A stretch of DNA of 64,000 nucleotides. Source: Leucoraja erinacea (Eukaryota). Numbering within the stretch: the stretch's first letter is position 1; each line of letters opens with the position of its first letter. Shown one piece after another: positions 1 to 12,912 of the stretch. Under the pieces are notes generated by a model. That model was given only the letters and a program-made list of their open reading frames with translations. It was not told the DNA's origin and searched no databases. The stretch spans positions 26,412,001-26,476,000 of the forward strand of contig NC_073390.1 in NCBI RefSeq assembly GCF_028641065.1. Direction: 5' to 3'. The translations under genes and the position numbers were made by a program.

Positions 1-1177
1 TGAAGATGTTGGAACACCTGAAGTTATAGTTATGCAATTTATTTTACAGTCACACAGCAGAGCACAGAGACATACACAGCACACTGCATAATAAGCATGC
101 GAGACAGGTGCTCATCATACCGTCACATCAGCCAATAAATGGAAACAAAAATAATGATATCACTACAGATTTTTACGTGTAAAACTAATTAAAGAAGTTC
201 TGCTAGGGCTTAGTTTTCAGACCATTGAATGTGGTTGGGGTCCTGGTACTCTTTCAATAGTATGAACGGCAGGGTTGTATGTTGATTCACAATCAGAAGC
301 AGTGTGTGTGTGTGTGTGTTTTTTGCTGTCTGCATGATTGTGCATAGTTGTTTGGATGCTTGGGTGCATCCATGTGCATTGTTTGGATGCGTGTGCGCAT
401 ATCTGAATCTTGAATGTTGAGGGAAATTATCCTTCTACCACCAATCCCGAAGAGTGAATTTACATGCCGCGGTTCCATGTGTGTAGAAGTTCCCCTTCCC
501 TAGGTTGCAAAGCTTTTAACTTTACTCTGGTCTCGACAGTTGCTTATGTTACTGTGTGTCTGAAATGCAGTTCTGCTTTCCATGCAGATAGATGTAACAC
601 TGGCCCTCCGAGGCTTGGCCCAAAGGGATGGCTGTGATAGCATCATTAATAACGTGTGAGGGGCTGCCAAGGGTTAAGCGAGGCTCATGGGCATGGATGT
701 GATGTCTCGTGGGATGTATCATGAATCTTTCAATTGACCAAGAAAGCATTTTTCTCCCACTTGACTTTAATTACCTGCTAAATTTGGATTGTGTTTGCAT
801 GGATCGGTTTACAAGGATAAAGGATAATGACTTATGATGCTAAAGTGATGGAAATCCTGAAGCTAACGACATTACTGGTACCTACGTACATGTACATATA
901 TATTTTTAATATATTCATATAAATCTGGCACCTGTCAGAATCTATAAATCAGCAGAACATCAGGCGTAATTGGGAGATGGGGATGAGATTCATGACTGGT
1001 TTGGGGAACGTGTTTGTTTAGTTAGAATATCCTGTGGGTTTGGGCAAAGTAAACACAAGTATTTGCAAACACGAGAGACCACATCATTTAACAGGCAGTG
1101 CAGAGGACCATGGTGTAACTAATACCTTGAGTGCAGTCTGTTTCTTGAAATTGTGGTGAAATTAAATATTAATTAAG

Positions 1178-1460
1178 ACGTGGCGCAGTGGTAGAACAGC
1201 TGCCTTAGAGCACCAGAGACCTCGGTTGACTAGGATGCTGCCTGTATGGAGTTATACATTCTCCTTGTGACTGCCTGGGTTTTCGCCGGGTGCTCTGATT
1301 TCCTCCCACATTCCAAGGACGTGCAGGTTTGTAGGTTATTTGGCTACAGTAAATTGTCCCTAGGGTGTAGGATAGAACTAGTGTATGTGTGATCATTGGT
1401 CAGTGCTGACTCAATGGGCTGAAGGACCTGATCCACGCTGTATCTCTAAGTTAAACTAAA
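1178..1460 (+). mobile_element. tRNA-derived SINE, HE1/V-SINE-like
   Basis: A-box-like TGGCGCAGTGG head, central GGAGTT..TTCTCC..GTGAC domain, 3' tail GGGCTGAAGGACCTG..CGCTGTATCTCTAA shared with local CR1 3' ends; paralogous to 13684-14004. Confidence 0.8.
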
Positions 1461-1519
1461 GTCGGGATCCCGTGGCATTCATGGAAGGAAGGCAGGGGAG
1501 ATTTCCCATATGCTATAGA

Positions 1520-2182
1520 TAATAGACAATAGGTGCAGGAGTAGGCCATTCGGTCCTTCGAGCCAGCACCACCATTCAATGTGATCATTGCTGATCATCC
1601 CCAATCAGTACCCCGTTCCTGCCTTCTCCCCATATCCCCTGACTCTGCTATTTTTATGAGCCCTATCTTGCTCTCTCTTGAAAGCATCCAGAGAACCTGC
1701 CTCCACCGCCCTCTGAGGCAGAGAATTCCACAGACTCACCACTCTCTGTGAGAAAAAGTGTTTCCTCGTCTCTGTTCAAAATGGCGTACCTCTTGTTCTT
1801 AAACTGTGTGGCCCCTGGTTCTGGGCTCCCCCAACATCAGGAACATGTTTCCTGCCTCTAGCGTGTCCAAACCCTTAACAATCTTATATGTTTCAATGAA
1901 ATCCCTCTCATCCTTCTAAACTCCAGAGTGTACAAGCCCAGCTGCTCCATTCTCTCAGCATATGACAGTCCCGCCATCCCGGGAATTATCCTTGTAAGCC
2001 TACGCTGCACTCCCTCAATAGCAAGAATGCCCTTCCTCAAATTAGGGGACAAAAACTGCACCCAATACTCCAGGTGTGATCTCACTAGGGCTCTGTACAA
2101 CTGCAGAAGGACCTCTTTGCTCCTATATTCGATTCCTCTTGTTATAAAGGCCAACATGTAATTCGTTTTCTTCACTACCTGC
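1520..2182 (-). mobile_element. CR1 (HER1-like) LINE 3' fragment
   Basis: ORF 1858-2175 gives YRALVRSHLEYWVQFLSPNLRK..EGVQRRLTRIIPG (CR1 RT C-terminus), followed by 3' UTR ending in CTATTGT-type tail. Confidence 0.9.
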
Positions 2183-2423
2183 TTTATTGAGATTGGATAT
2201 GAGCATATATTGTTCCTCTCAATTGACTCTTTTATTTGTCATTTTTCAACTCAAGTTTCATGATTTTTTATGCAACTCAAGTGGGTGATTATGCATAACT
2301 TAGTGGCAGTTCAGTACCCTGCTTCTGGCCACATAGACCATTCCATTGCATGGAATCTAGCACCAGGATGTTGGACAATGCCACAGCAGTGAGTTTCCAC
2401 ATCCAACCACATGTTCCACTCTG

Positions 2424-2512
2424 ACAGTCGCCATTCCACTTCCTGGTTTTTCAGGCGAGTGCCGGCAACTTGACAGACGCCGGCAGTTCGCTGAAAAATC
2501 GCCTAAGTGGGC
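2424..2512. mobile_element. Truncated right end of a Harbinger-like non-autonomous element
   Basis: CpG-rich stretch ending AAAAATCGCCTAAGTGGG, similar to the terminus at 25040-25067; followed by a ~34-bp tandem duplication (2509-2581). Confidence 0.45.
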
Positions 2513-4342
2513 GACCATTTAGTGTTGCCTTCCAGCAGCCACGACCATGGCGACCATTTAGTGTTGCCTTCCAGCAGCCACCTCCTCAGATTTTAGCTGT
2601 TGACATTGTCCTTTAGGGAGCTGGTACAGGAAAAGTAGCGCTGAGGTAAAGGAGCAGCCAGGATCTTACAGAATGGCGAAGCAGGCCAGAGGGGCTGAGT
2701 AGCCTCCTCCTGCATCAGTTTTTAAAGTCCTCTCTTATTTTTGGAACCCACTGAAACTTCTTGGATCTAATTGTTTTGCTTTACAATGATTTCCAAGGGA
2801 TAGCAGATCAATGTGTCCATTAGCAGCAGTGTTGAGAACAAACCTCATTCATCTGCTCTCAGCATTCCTGAGTTAATGCCAGTGAGACAAAACATCGGGC
2901 ATGTTACTACTTACTGCAGACATTCAAGAGTTGCAATTCGTGTTCTTACAGTTGATTGAATTGAAAATTGAAAATTATTACTGAACATCCTGCATTTGTA
3001 AATATCATTATACGTTTGTATTTTGATTAAATATAAGATATGTATTATTGGGTGCATTGCAGTTTGGTGTCTTTGTTATAAAGAAGATAACTTGTTTTAA
3101 CTGGCTGACACATTTCCCACTGTTGTGATATGAAGCCCATTTACAAATGTATTTTACTGTCACATTCAGCTGACGTTTATTGGCAATAATTTCTAGTTAT
3201 CTGTTTTATTATTATTACTGTTAAATCTTGTCATAAAGATTTCAGTTCCAATACAGTATATGTGAGTAATTTCAAGGTCTGTCATGTGAGAAGAAACTCT
3301 CAAGTTGCTTATTTAGTTTCATTTTCTTTAGAGAAACTGAATTTCATGTTCAGCTAGTAAAAATGTTGACATTGGCACTGGTTGGATAGCACTTTTAACC
3401 TGGAACGGAAACTGCCCCATGTTACAGGGTCAGAAGTGACCAGTTTTGCAGGGGTTGGTGATCTCTGTGCTGTGGTGTAAGCTCGGTTGTGGGCGATTGT
3501 TGGTACGGTGTGATTCACATTGTTGGTCAATGTGGAGGTGGCAGATGCCGAGGCTCGCTTGTCTCAAAGGGAAGCGCTTCCACTGAGCAAACAGTGGCTC
3601 ATCAGACAGTGAAGCTGTAATATAGTGCTGACGACATTGCACGGGGTATGGGTCAAAATGGAGGTGGGAATACAGTGTTTCAGGTTGTGATAAGGCCTAA
3701 ACCATAGTTGGCGAACATAACTTGTTCATTAAAACTTTCATTTTAATGATACTCTCTTCCAAAACATTCTGCTGGAAGGTATTATTAATAGGTCTGACAT
3801 ATTGTTCTTAAGCTCTTTCAACATTATTGATTTTTTTAAATTATGTAATTTTGTTCTGCACCATGCTCAGCTTATGCCTCTGTAGGTGGATGTTTTTGGT
3901 TGAGGGCATTCATCTGCCCCTTTCCTCACTGCTCATAACGAGCAGCCTTGTTCCCAGGGCAGTATATCTTCTTCCTACACTGCCCCATCAGGTTATATCA
4001 TCCAGTACTGATTAACAGCCTAACCCTCTAATGATCTGGGGAAACCAGTTTGAGGTGTATAAAATTGATTACCCCATTCAACTTTTTAATTAAAAAAAAC
4101 ACTATTGATCAAGTCTGCAGAGTATCAATATTTAATGCTGTAAGTGCCAAGCTAAATCTGCCAGATTCTTGCTATTGATTAATCATGTAGCTATGTATGC
4201 AGTAACTTTATAAAATTTTCATGGCTTCACAAGATCAGATTTCCTGGAGGATATCTCAAGGTGCAACAGAATTAAAATGCTTCAAAGAAAGTTGAGAGTT
4301 TAAAAAAAAAATTCTGTACAATGAATTAATGTGAATGAGTTT

Positions 4343-5150
4343 TTCATTTATATAGTGCCTTTTCACATCTTATGCAACAGCCTAAAGTAAATAACCAAAA
4401 TTGTTTTGTTAGTCTGGTTACTGAAGCAATGCAGAGAACCGACTGTATAACCAATTGCATACTGTAAGCTTCCACAGACAATAGTGATTCTGTGATTAAA
4501 AACATAGAAAATAGGTGCAGGAGATGGCCATTCAGCCTTTCAAGCCCTTCAATATGATCATGCCTGATCATCCAAAATCAGTACCCCATTCCTGCTTTCT
4601 CTCCATAGCCCCTGATTCCATTAGCCCTACTGTATATCTAACTCTCTCTTGAATACATCCAGTGAATTGGCCTCCACTGCCTTCTGTGGCAGTGAATTCC
4701 ACAGATTCACAACTCTCTGGGTGAAAAAGTATTTCCTTATCTCAGTCCTAAATGGCCTACCCCTTATTTTTAAACTGTGACCCATGGTTCTGTACTCTCC
4801 CAACATTGGGAACATTTTCTCTGCATCTAGCCTATTCAATCCCTTAAGAATTGTATGTTTCTATAAGATAAATGAATTGATCAGTTTTGTTCCAAGGGAT
4901 AGGATTAGCTGCATGGAAGTTCTTCCAGTTTCTGCTTGAGAATGGTATTGTGGGACCTTTAGTGTTCACCTGAGTCTCCAGGCAGGATCTTGGTGCAGCA
5001 TCTCATCCAAAAGAAGGGTCCTCTGACAAAGTGGTGCTTGCTTAGCAGTTCATGTGAGTGTTGGCCTAGACATAACGTCCAGGTTTCTGGCGAGAGATTT
5101 TAAATGATTTCAAGGTGTTTTGATTCAAATGCAAGAGCGCTGTCTAATGT
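4343..5150 (-). mobile_element. Decayed Deu-domain SINE (SacSINE1/AmnSINE-like) interrupted by a CR1 3' fragment at ~4498-4868
   Basis: CATTTATATAGTGCCTTTTCAC tail and CATCTCATCCAAAAGA..CTCTGACAAAG..GGCCTAGA motifs resemble recalled Deu-SINE consensus. Confidence 0.55.
4498..4868 (-). mobile_element. CR1 LINE 3' fragment
   Basis: ORF 4627-4839 FFTQRVVNLWNSLPQKAVEA; AAACATAG tail. Confidence 0.9.
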
Positions 5151-6079
5151 TTTTTGGTTGATACCATATGGACCTTTAGCTTGTGCAGTCATAAATAATA
5201 TATATCTAGGAGAATAACATTCAGTGTGAGTGATAGTGTAGATTTTATTTATATAATTCACATTCATTTTTAAACAATAACAGTGCCATATGACTATAGT
5301 TGCAGGGTTGGGCTGGGTTCTTTGGAAGCTGTGGTATGATACAAACTGATTTGAATTGTGAGCTTCCTGTTTGTATTTCTCAACATGATGCTAGTTAACT
5401 TGTTAGCTGTCACAGTAAGTACAATAAAGTTGAGAAATAGAGTCATAGAGTGATACAGTGTGGAAACAAGCCCTTCGGCCTAACTTGCCCACGTCGGCCA
5501 ACATGTCCCAGCTACACGAGTCCCACCTGCCCACGTTTGTGCAGTCATAGCAGTTGTGTCTGTCCTATCCATGGAAATGATGATACAAGTCTGGTTTGAA
5601 GTGTGTGAGTAAACATTAATAGATAGTTTTGGAACCACCTGTAATTTAGGCGTCTGAAATTAAGTGAAAGGTTGAAACTAAGCTCGGACACAACTTGAGC
5701 ATCAGGGCTCAGGTTGGAGAAAGGGAAACTCCATCATGATTCCTGGTCCTGATCACAGTTATCCGCCAGTTTGAGTTTGTCAACGCTGAGATTGGTTTTG
5801 CGATATCAAGTCTGGTGAACTACCCAGTCTGCGCTTGATGCCAACATTTGCAAACTAATCAGTTCAATTTGGAGAGGAAGGGGAAAAATCAGAGAACAAT
5901 TTTTTTTAACGGAGATTTTAAGAATTTAAACATGAGTTTATTCTGTTAAACGTATACAACAGACACCACTGCAACACGCTTCCAATGTCATGCTGCATAC
6001 TTCATGACATCAGCTCAGCTCCTAGTTTGGGAGGTGGTGGAATTGGCTTTATATTGTAACCCACCCCTGACCTATTACG

Positions 6080-6262
6080 GAGACACAAGAGACTACAGAG
6101 GCAGGAATCTTGAGCAAAAAAACAAATTGCTGGAGGAACTCAGCGGGTCAGGCCGCATGCATGGAGAGAGATGGAGGGTCAACATTTTGGGTCGAAACCC
6201 TTTGGGAGGGGTCCTAACTCGAACATCGTCAGTATATTTCACCCCACAGATGATGTGTTGAG
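6080..6262. mobile_element. Decayed head-to-head Penelope-like terminal repeat pair
   Basis: TGCTGGAGGAACTCAGCGGGTCAGGC..TTTTGGGTCGAAACCC followed by a degenerate inverted copy. Confidence 0.55.
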
Positions 6263-6317
6263 TTCCTGAACTATTACAACTGGATACAAACCGGAAAAGG
6301 CACAGGGAAGACCATTC

Positions 6318-8328
6318 ACCTGTGATCATCTAAAATGTGTACTCCATTCCTGCTTTTTCCCCATATCCCTTGATTCCTTTAGCATTAAGAGCTAGATCTA
6401 ACTCTATCGAAAACATCTAGTGAATTGGCATCCACTGTCTTCTGTGGTAGAGAATTCCACAGATTCATAACTCTCTGGGTGAAGAAGTTTGTCCTAATCT
6501 TAGTCCTAATTGGCCAACCCCTTATTCTTAAACTGTGACTCCTGGTCCTGGACTCCCCCAACATCGGGAACATATTTCCTGCATCGAGCCTGTCCAATCC
6601 TTTAAGAATTTTATATGTTTCTATCTCATCCTAAATTCCAGTGAATACAAGCCCAGTCAACCCAGTCTTTCATCATATGTCATTCCCGACATCCCAGGAA
6701 TTAAGCTGGTGAACCTACACTGCACTCCTTCAATAGCAATAGTGTATTTTCTCAAATTAGGAGACCAAAATTGCACACAATACTCTACGTGTGGTCTCAC
6801 CAGGGACCTGTACAACTGCAGTAGGACCTCCTTGCTCCTAAACTCAAACCCACTCGTAATGAAGGCCAACATGCCATTAGCTTTCTTCACTGCTTGCTGT
6901 ACCTGCATGGTTACTTTCAGTGACTGAAGTACAACACACCCAGGCCTTGTTGCATCTCACATTTTACTAATCTGACACTATTCATATAATAATCTGCCTT
7001 CCTATTCTTGCAACCAAAGTGGCTAACTTCACATTTATCCACATTATACTGCATCTGTCATGCATGTGCCCACTCACCCAACCTATCCAAGTCACCCTGC
7101 AGCCTCATAGCATCCTAATCGCAGCTCACACTGCCACCCAGCTTTGTGTCATTCGCAAAATTGGAGATGTCACATTTAATTCCCTCGTCTAAATCGTTAA
7201 TATATATTGTAAATAACTGGTGTCCCAGCACCGAGCCTTGCGGCACCCCACTAGTCACTGCCTGCTATTGTGAATAGTTAATTCCTACTCTTTACTTCCT
7301 GTCTGCCAACCAGTTCTCTATCCATCTCAATAACCTACCCCCAATACCATGTGATCTCTTTTTGCATACTAATCTCTTGTGTGGGACCTTGTCAAATGCT
7401 TTTTGAAAGTCCAGATACACCACATCCACTGGCACACTCTTGTCCATTCTACTGGTTACATTTTCAAAAATTCCAGAAGATTAGTCAAGCATGATTTCCC
7501 CTTCATAAATCCATGCTGACTTTGACCGATCCTGTCACTGCTTTCCAAATGCGCTGCTATAACATCTTTAACAATCGACTCAAGCATCTTCCCCACCACT
7601 GATGTAAGGCTAACTGGTCTATAATTTCCCCGTTTTCTCTCTCCCTCTTTTCTTAAAAAGTTGGGTTACATTGGTTACCCACCAGTCCACAGCAGTCGAG
7701 AGCACATTGGAAAATGGTCACCAATGCATCCACGATTTCTAGGGCCACCTCCTTGAGTACTCTGGGATGCAGACCATCAGGTCCTGGGGATTTATCTGCC
7801 TTCAATCCCAACAGTTTACCTAACACCATTTCCTGACTAATATGGATTCCCTTCAGTTCCCCCCTCCCTCTAGATCCTCGGTCCCTTAGTATTTCTGGGA
7901 GATTGTTTGTGTCTTCCTTAGTGAAAACAGAACCAAAGTACTTGTTTAACTGTTCTGCCATTTCTTTGTTTCCCATTATAAATTCACCTGTCTCTGATTA
8001 TAAGGGACCTACATTTGTCTTCACTAATCTTTTCCCTTTTACATATCTAAAAAAGCTTTTAGAGTCAGTCTTTATATTCCTTGCAAGCTTTCTTTCACGT
8101 TCTATTCCCCCCTCTTAATTTACCCCTTTGTCCTCCTCCATTGAGCTCTAAATTTCTCCCAGTCCTCTGGTTTGCTGCTTCCTCTGGCCAATGTATATGC
8201 CTTTTCCTTGGATTTAACACACTCCTTGATTTCCCTCATTAGCCACGGTTGAACCGCCTTCCACCATTTTATTTTCTCGCCAGACGGGGATGAAAAATTT
8301 TTGGAGTTCACCCACGTGGTCTTTAAAT
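6318..8328 (-). mobile_element. CR1 LINE ORF2 fragment (~2 kb, disrupted)
   Basis: Peptides [61 protein letters not shown] in successive broken ORFs. Confidence 0.93.
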
Positions 8329-8344
8329 CTCGGTTTAAATAGTT

Positions 8345-8605
8345 AAATAGGTTTAATATGAGTGGGTAAATATTTTAGGAGGACCTGAGAGAAAACGTTT
8401 TACACAGAAGGTGGTGGGTGTCTGCAATGAGAAGCCAAAGGAAGTGGTAGAAGTGGATATGGTTACAACATTTAAAGGACACTTAGATACATGGATCGGA
8501 AAGGTTTGGAGGGATATGGCCTGCAGTAGACCACTGGTACTCGTTTGGTAAGCCTGCTGTGCGCATGGATGTATTGGGCTGAAGGGCCTGTTTCCTTGCT
8601 CTTAA
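8345..8605 (+). mobile_element. CR1 3' fragment
   Basis: TTTTACACAGAAGGTGGTGGG..GGGCTGAAGGGCCTGTTTCC tail. Confidence 0.7.
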
Positions 8606-9582
8606 GTGCTGACCCTGAGATTTGAACTCTATAATTAATACAAATTAACCACAATACCAAAAAAAAAGCAGTTTAGACAAAATAAACGAGAGAAAAAATA
8701 ACAGCAGCAGTGTCTTGTAGCTTTTTTGAGATGGGCACATTTAAATGATTCTGGGGCTGCATTTCGTCACAGGGTCTGGAGATTTGGGTTCAAATCCTCT
8801 CAGACATATGGGATGGTGCCCTCTCTTGCTAACAGCTGTTTGGCACACCAGCTGATGTGAACCCGGATCATCTCTGTAATCTCCCACTGGAGTCCGCTAA
8901 GCAGAAGTGCCACTCATTATACTGGCACACGCACAAATAAAAAGTCCGATTGAGTTTCGGAGTTAGTAATTAGGAGTTGGAAAATAGGTTTTAATCACAG
9001 CAGTTTAATGACGCAAATGCTTCTGATTAACCATTGTGTCACGTCTAGGTACATGGATGAACGTGTATTTGTGTGTAAGGAAGGCCTGCAACTGAGAACA
9101 GGTGTTGCCCATAAAGCTCCTGTTGAGACTTGCGATGGAGCTGCCACAGTTGTGCACTTCGGAGGGCCTGAAAATGATAAAACAAGAGTTAATGATGTAG
9201 GGTGCACACAGTGACAAAGGTATATGCCAGAAGTAAACGCCAGAACAATCTCTTCTGTTGCTTTTCTATGCAACATTCTTTACATGTTATTTTGGCTGAA
9301 TTGCCTCAAATTGAATTATGGGTGTGATTAGTTCATTTGTTCCCATGGCTGAGTCACAAATTTTGGCTGGAGTGCCAGATACATCCATTGCTAGTTTTTG
9401 GAAGAGTGTCAGTAATTTTATTTTGCTCCAGATTCCAGCATCTGCAACACCTTGTGTCTGCTGGTAATCTTGCACAGTTTAATACTTCATCAGGGTGACA
9501 ATACAGCAGTCCTTTAGTACTGAATAGACTGTGACCTAAGTGTTTGAGCTCAGGCCTCTGAACTTGGTTGACCCTCAAAGAT

Positions 9583-10222
9583 GCTTTCAAGATGGCGCCC
9601 AACCCAGGCGACTATTTGCGGGCTCCCCACAAAAGCGGATCTGCAATCATATATTACAATCACTCTACACTCTTAAATCTATACACTGTAAATGACTCGA
9701 TTGGAATCGTGTATTGTCTTTCTGCTGACTGGAGAGCATGCAACAACAGTTTTTCACTGTTTATCTATTTATTTATTTAATTCTTTATTGCGAACAGAAT
9801 AAAAGAATAAAAAGCAAGTGAAACAGCATACAAAAAACAAAACAAGAATATTTATAAAGTGAAATAAACAATATCTATAAATAAATGAAATTGTATGTGT
9901 CCGAAAAGGAGCAGGAAGAAGCCAAAGCTTATTAATTCCCACCCTTATTCAACTCCTTATAATTATCTTATACAAATTTAGCAGCTATATGTACACCAGC
10001 AGCTATATGTACACCAAATTACTTACATTTATACACTAATCAAATATTTACAAAGCCATGCAAAAAAAGAGAGAGAAAAACCCCTCATATACTATACAGT
10101 ATCTCTTAGTCATATATATAACCCATCACCCTTCCCAATACATTCAGAATAACAAATATCCCACTCACAATCACTGTATCTCGGTACACGCGACTATAAA
10201 CGACTATAAAACTAAACAATAA
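9583..10222 (+). mobile_element. Short Rex1/Babar-tailed non-autonomous element containing a nested insertion
   Basis: Starts CAAGATGGCGCC; tail TTTTCACTGT/ATCTCGGTACACGCGACTATAAA split by a 410-bp insert. Confidence 0.55.
9761..10170 (-). mobile_element. AT-rich LINE 3' UTR insertion with 7-bp TSD
   Basis: TCACTGT direct repeat at 9754-9760 and 10171-10177; (AATA)n tail on minus strand; GTCCGAAAAGGAGCAGGAAGAAGC subterminal motif. Confidence 0.7.
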
Positions 10223-11431
10223 ACATTTACATTCGTTACATTGTCACTCCCTCAGTAATCTCCCTGGCAGCGGTGGACTGTCCCCATCATCAGTGAACAC
10301 GGCTATGGTATGGTATGACCAGTGCAGACAGGGTCAGGACTATCAGAGCTTCCCAGGTTAGTGCTGGGAAACCTAGTTGAGCAGGTACCTATTGCTTTCC
10401 ACCCTACATAGTCCTCCACAAAGCTTACAATCCTCACCTGGAACACATCCATCCATGCACCACTCTAATCTGACACCCTTCCACCTGATTTTCCCAGTGG
10501 ACCCCCCCCCCTGCCCACCTCCATTGGCTATGAGGTTTGAAGTCCTGCCCCTTCCTATTGCCCACTCCTCCGACTATTGCTGTCTTCACCTTGGCTCCTC
10601 AACAGAGCAGGGACCGAATCAACATCCTTTACATGTTGCACAACGATGGGCCAGTGGAAAGGCACAGCTCATCCGTCCTCTGAACCAAATTAACATGGAC
10701 TACTTTAAGGAATATTAAGCAATATTGAACAAAGCAGCATCAGAAGATACATACTTCTGGCATACACTTTGTAATTTGCATGCTGAACTGGTGGGACAGG
10801 AACAAATGCTCAGCAAACTGGCTGCTTGCTCACCTTCACAGGCCTGGTGCTGTTTCATTTGTCAGGCTGGGGGTTGTTGGTATTCACATGGACCTGTCCT
10901 AATGCGCATATTGTGTGAAGTCTGGGGAAAGAGAGCAAGCATTTAGGGCTAAACAATATTTAGCCGTGATAAAAGAGGGTAATAACATGGAAGACCTGCT
11001 GTAGTTAAATTGGACCCTGGTAAGACTGTGTCTGGAGTACTCTCTATAGTTTTGGTGCCATTAAATAATGACAAAATACTTGTCTCATACGGAGTTCAAC
11101 AAAGGTTCATATCCTGAACCCTGGGTTAAGGGCATTGTTCAGCAAGGAGAATTTCAGAAGACTAAACTGCATTCTGAAAAATAATGAGGAGTGAATCCCC
11201 TGAAATAAGTAGTTTGAAAGTTACTTGACAGGGAAGAGGCTGGGAGGATATTTCAAAGGGTGGGAACTACGAGCTATGATCACAGGTCAAAAGCTGGGCT
11301 CAGAGATCAAGGAAAACATATTTTCACAAAATGTTGTCAGTCTTTGCATCTTAGTCTGAAAGCAGACTTGTTGCTCAGTCATTGAAAATAGTCAACATGG
11401 TCAAACATAAATAGTGAAGGACATCAGTATT

Positions 11432-12052
11432 TTCATAGCGAGAGGATTTGCGTATAGGAGCAAGCAGTTGTATAGGGCCCTGGTGAGACCACACCTGGAG
11501 TATTGTGTGCAGTTTTGGCTCCTAATTTGAGGAAGGACATTCTTGCTATTGAGGGAATGCAGTATAGGTTCATCAGGTTAATTCCCCGGGATGGCGGGAC
11601 TGACATATAATGAAAGAATGGATTGACTAGGCTTATATTTAATTTAATAAAATAGAATTTAGAAGGTTGCGAGGGAATCTTTAAAAACATATAAAATTCT
11701 TAAGCGATTGGACAGGCTAGATGCAGGAAAAATGTTCCCGATGTTGGGGTCCAGAACCAGGAGTCATAGTTTAAGAATAAGGGATAGGCCATTTAGGACT
11801 GAGTTGAGGAAAAACATTTTCTCCCAGAGAGTTGTGAATCTGTGGAACTCTCTGCTACAGAAGGCAGTGGAGGCCAATCCACTGGATGTATTCAAGAGAG
11901 AGTTAGATATAGCTCTTTGGGCTACAGAATCAAGGGATATGGGGAGAAAGCAGGAACAGGGTACTGATTTCAGCCATGATCATAATGAATGTCGGTGCTG
12001 GCTCGAAGGGCCGAATGGCCTACTCCTGCACCTATTTTCTATGTTTCTATGA
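11432..12052 (+). mobile_element. CR1 LINE 3' fragment (adjoining older CR1 at ~10940-11430)
   Basis: ORF 11708-12052 FSQRVVNLWNSL..FKRELD; TTTCTATG tail. Confidence 0.9.
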
Positions 12053-12912
12053 CAGCGTAGGAAAATAAAGTAGTTCAAAAATAATTTTATGCTGTGGGTT
12101 TATTTTCTTTGAATGTTGTTAGTTATGCATATGGTTAAGTTAAAGCAAAATTGCTTTGTGATTAGCATTCAAAATCAATTAGTTGGTCAATGGCAAGTCA
12201 GTTTGCTTTCCAATTGATTTGGGAAGCCAGTGAGCTCTGAACATTGGGAGCGGGATGATTTATGATGAGATCATACGATAAACTGCCCAGAATATCTGCA
12301 ATCACTGTTGGCGACCCTTGTGCACGAAGACTGGAGTAAGGTGTTTTTTTTAGGTGTAGCTGATTTTTTAGTTCCTTATGTGCCCAGCTTCTAGATTCAA
12401 ATCAACAAGATTCTTAGAACCCTATGGGAAATTTGAGTTCTGACATTTTGCTAGGATTTTTGTCTTCCTTGTACCTTTAATTCATTAAGAGCCTCCCATA
12501 TGATGACAATGAACAACACAGGGCTAGCCTTCAGTGTTACTTGTATTCTCATTGTCAGAGAAATGGCGGGGTCATTGCACCACTCCTGGGAACTGTTTGG
12601 AGAGCTGAGGATGCTGACAGCTTGGATCACAACTTGGATCACTGCTTTGTGTGGTTCCACAGTCTGAAGAAGGGTCTCCCATTCCTTCTCTCCAGTGATG
12701 CTGCCTGTCCCGCTGAGTTACCCCAGCAATTTGTATCTATCTTCCATCCCATGACTCGGGCTCTCAGCTTGGAGGTTGTTTCATATGGACTCTGAATGCA
12801 ATTTTTAGTTTCAAATTGATTCACAGGAATGTATTTACAGATTTGAAATTTGTCCCTCAGTCAGGGTGCTTTACTCTGTCATTCCCGAAACGAAATGAAA
12901 GGCAAACACTAA

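Noticed and set aside
5680-5830. Possible ancient LF-SINE-like relic
   Set aside because: Similarity too weak to support without a profile search
9000-9230. Possible additional exon between CAG and AAG|GTAT
   Set aside because: Weak pyrimidine tract and translation unrelated to Eph proteins
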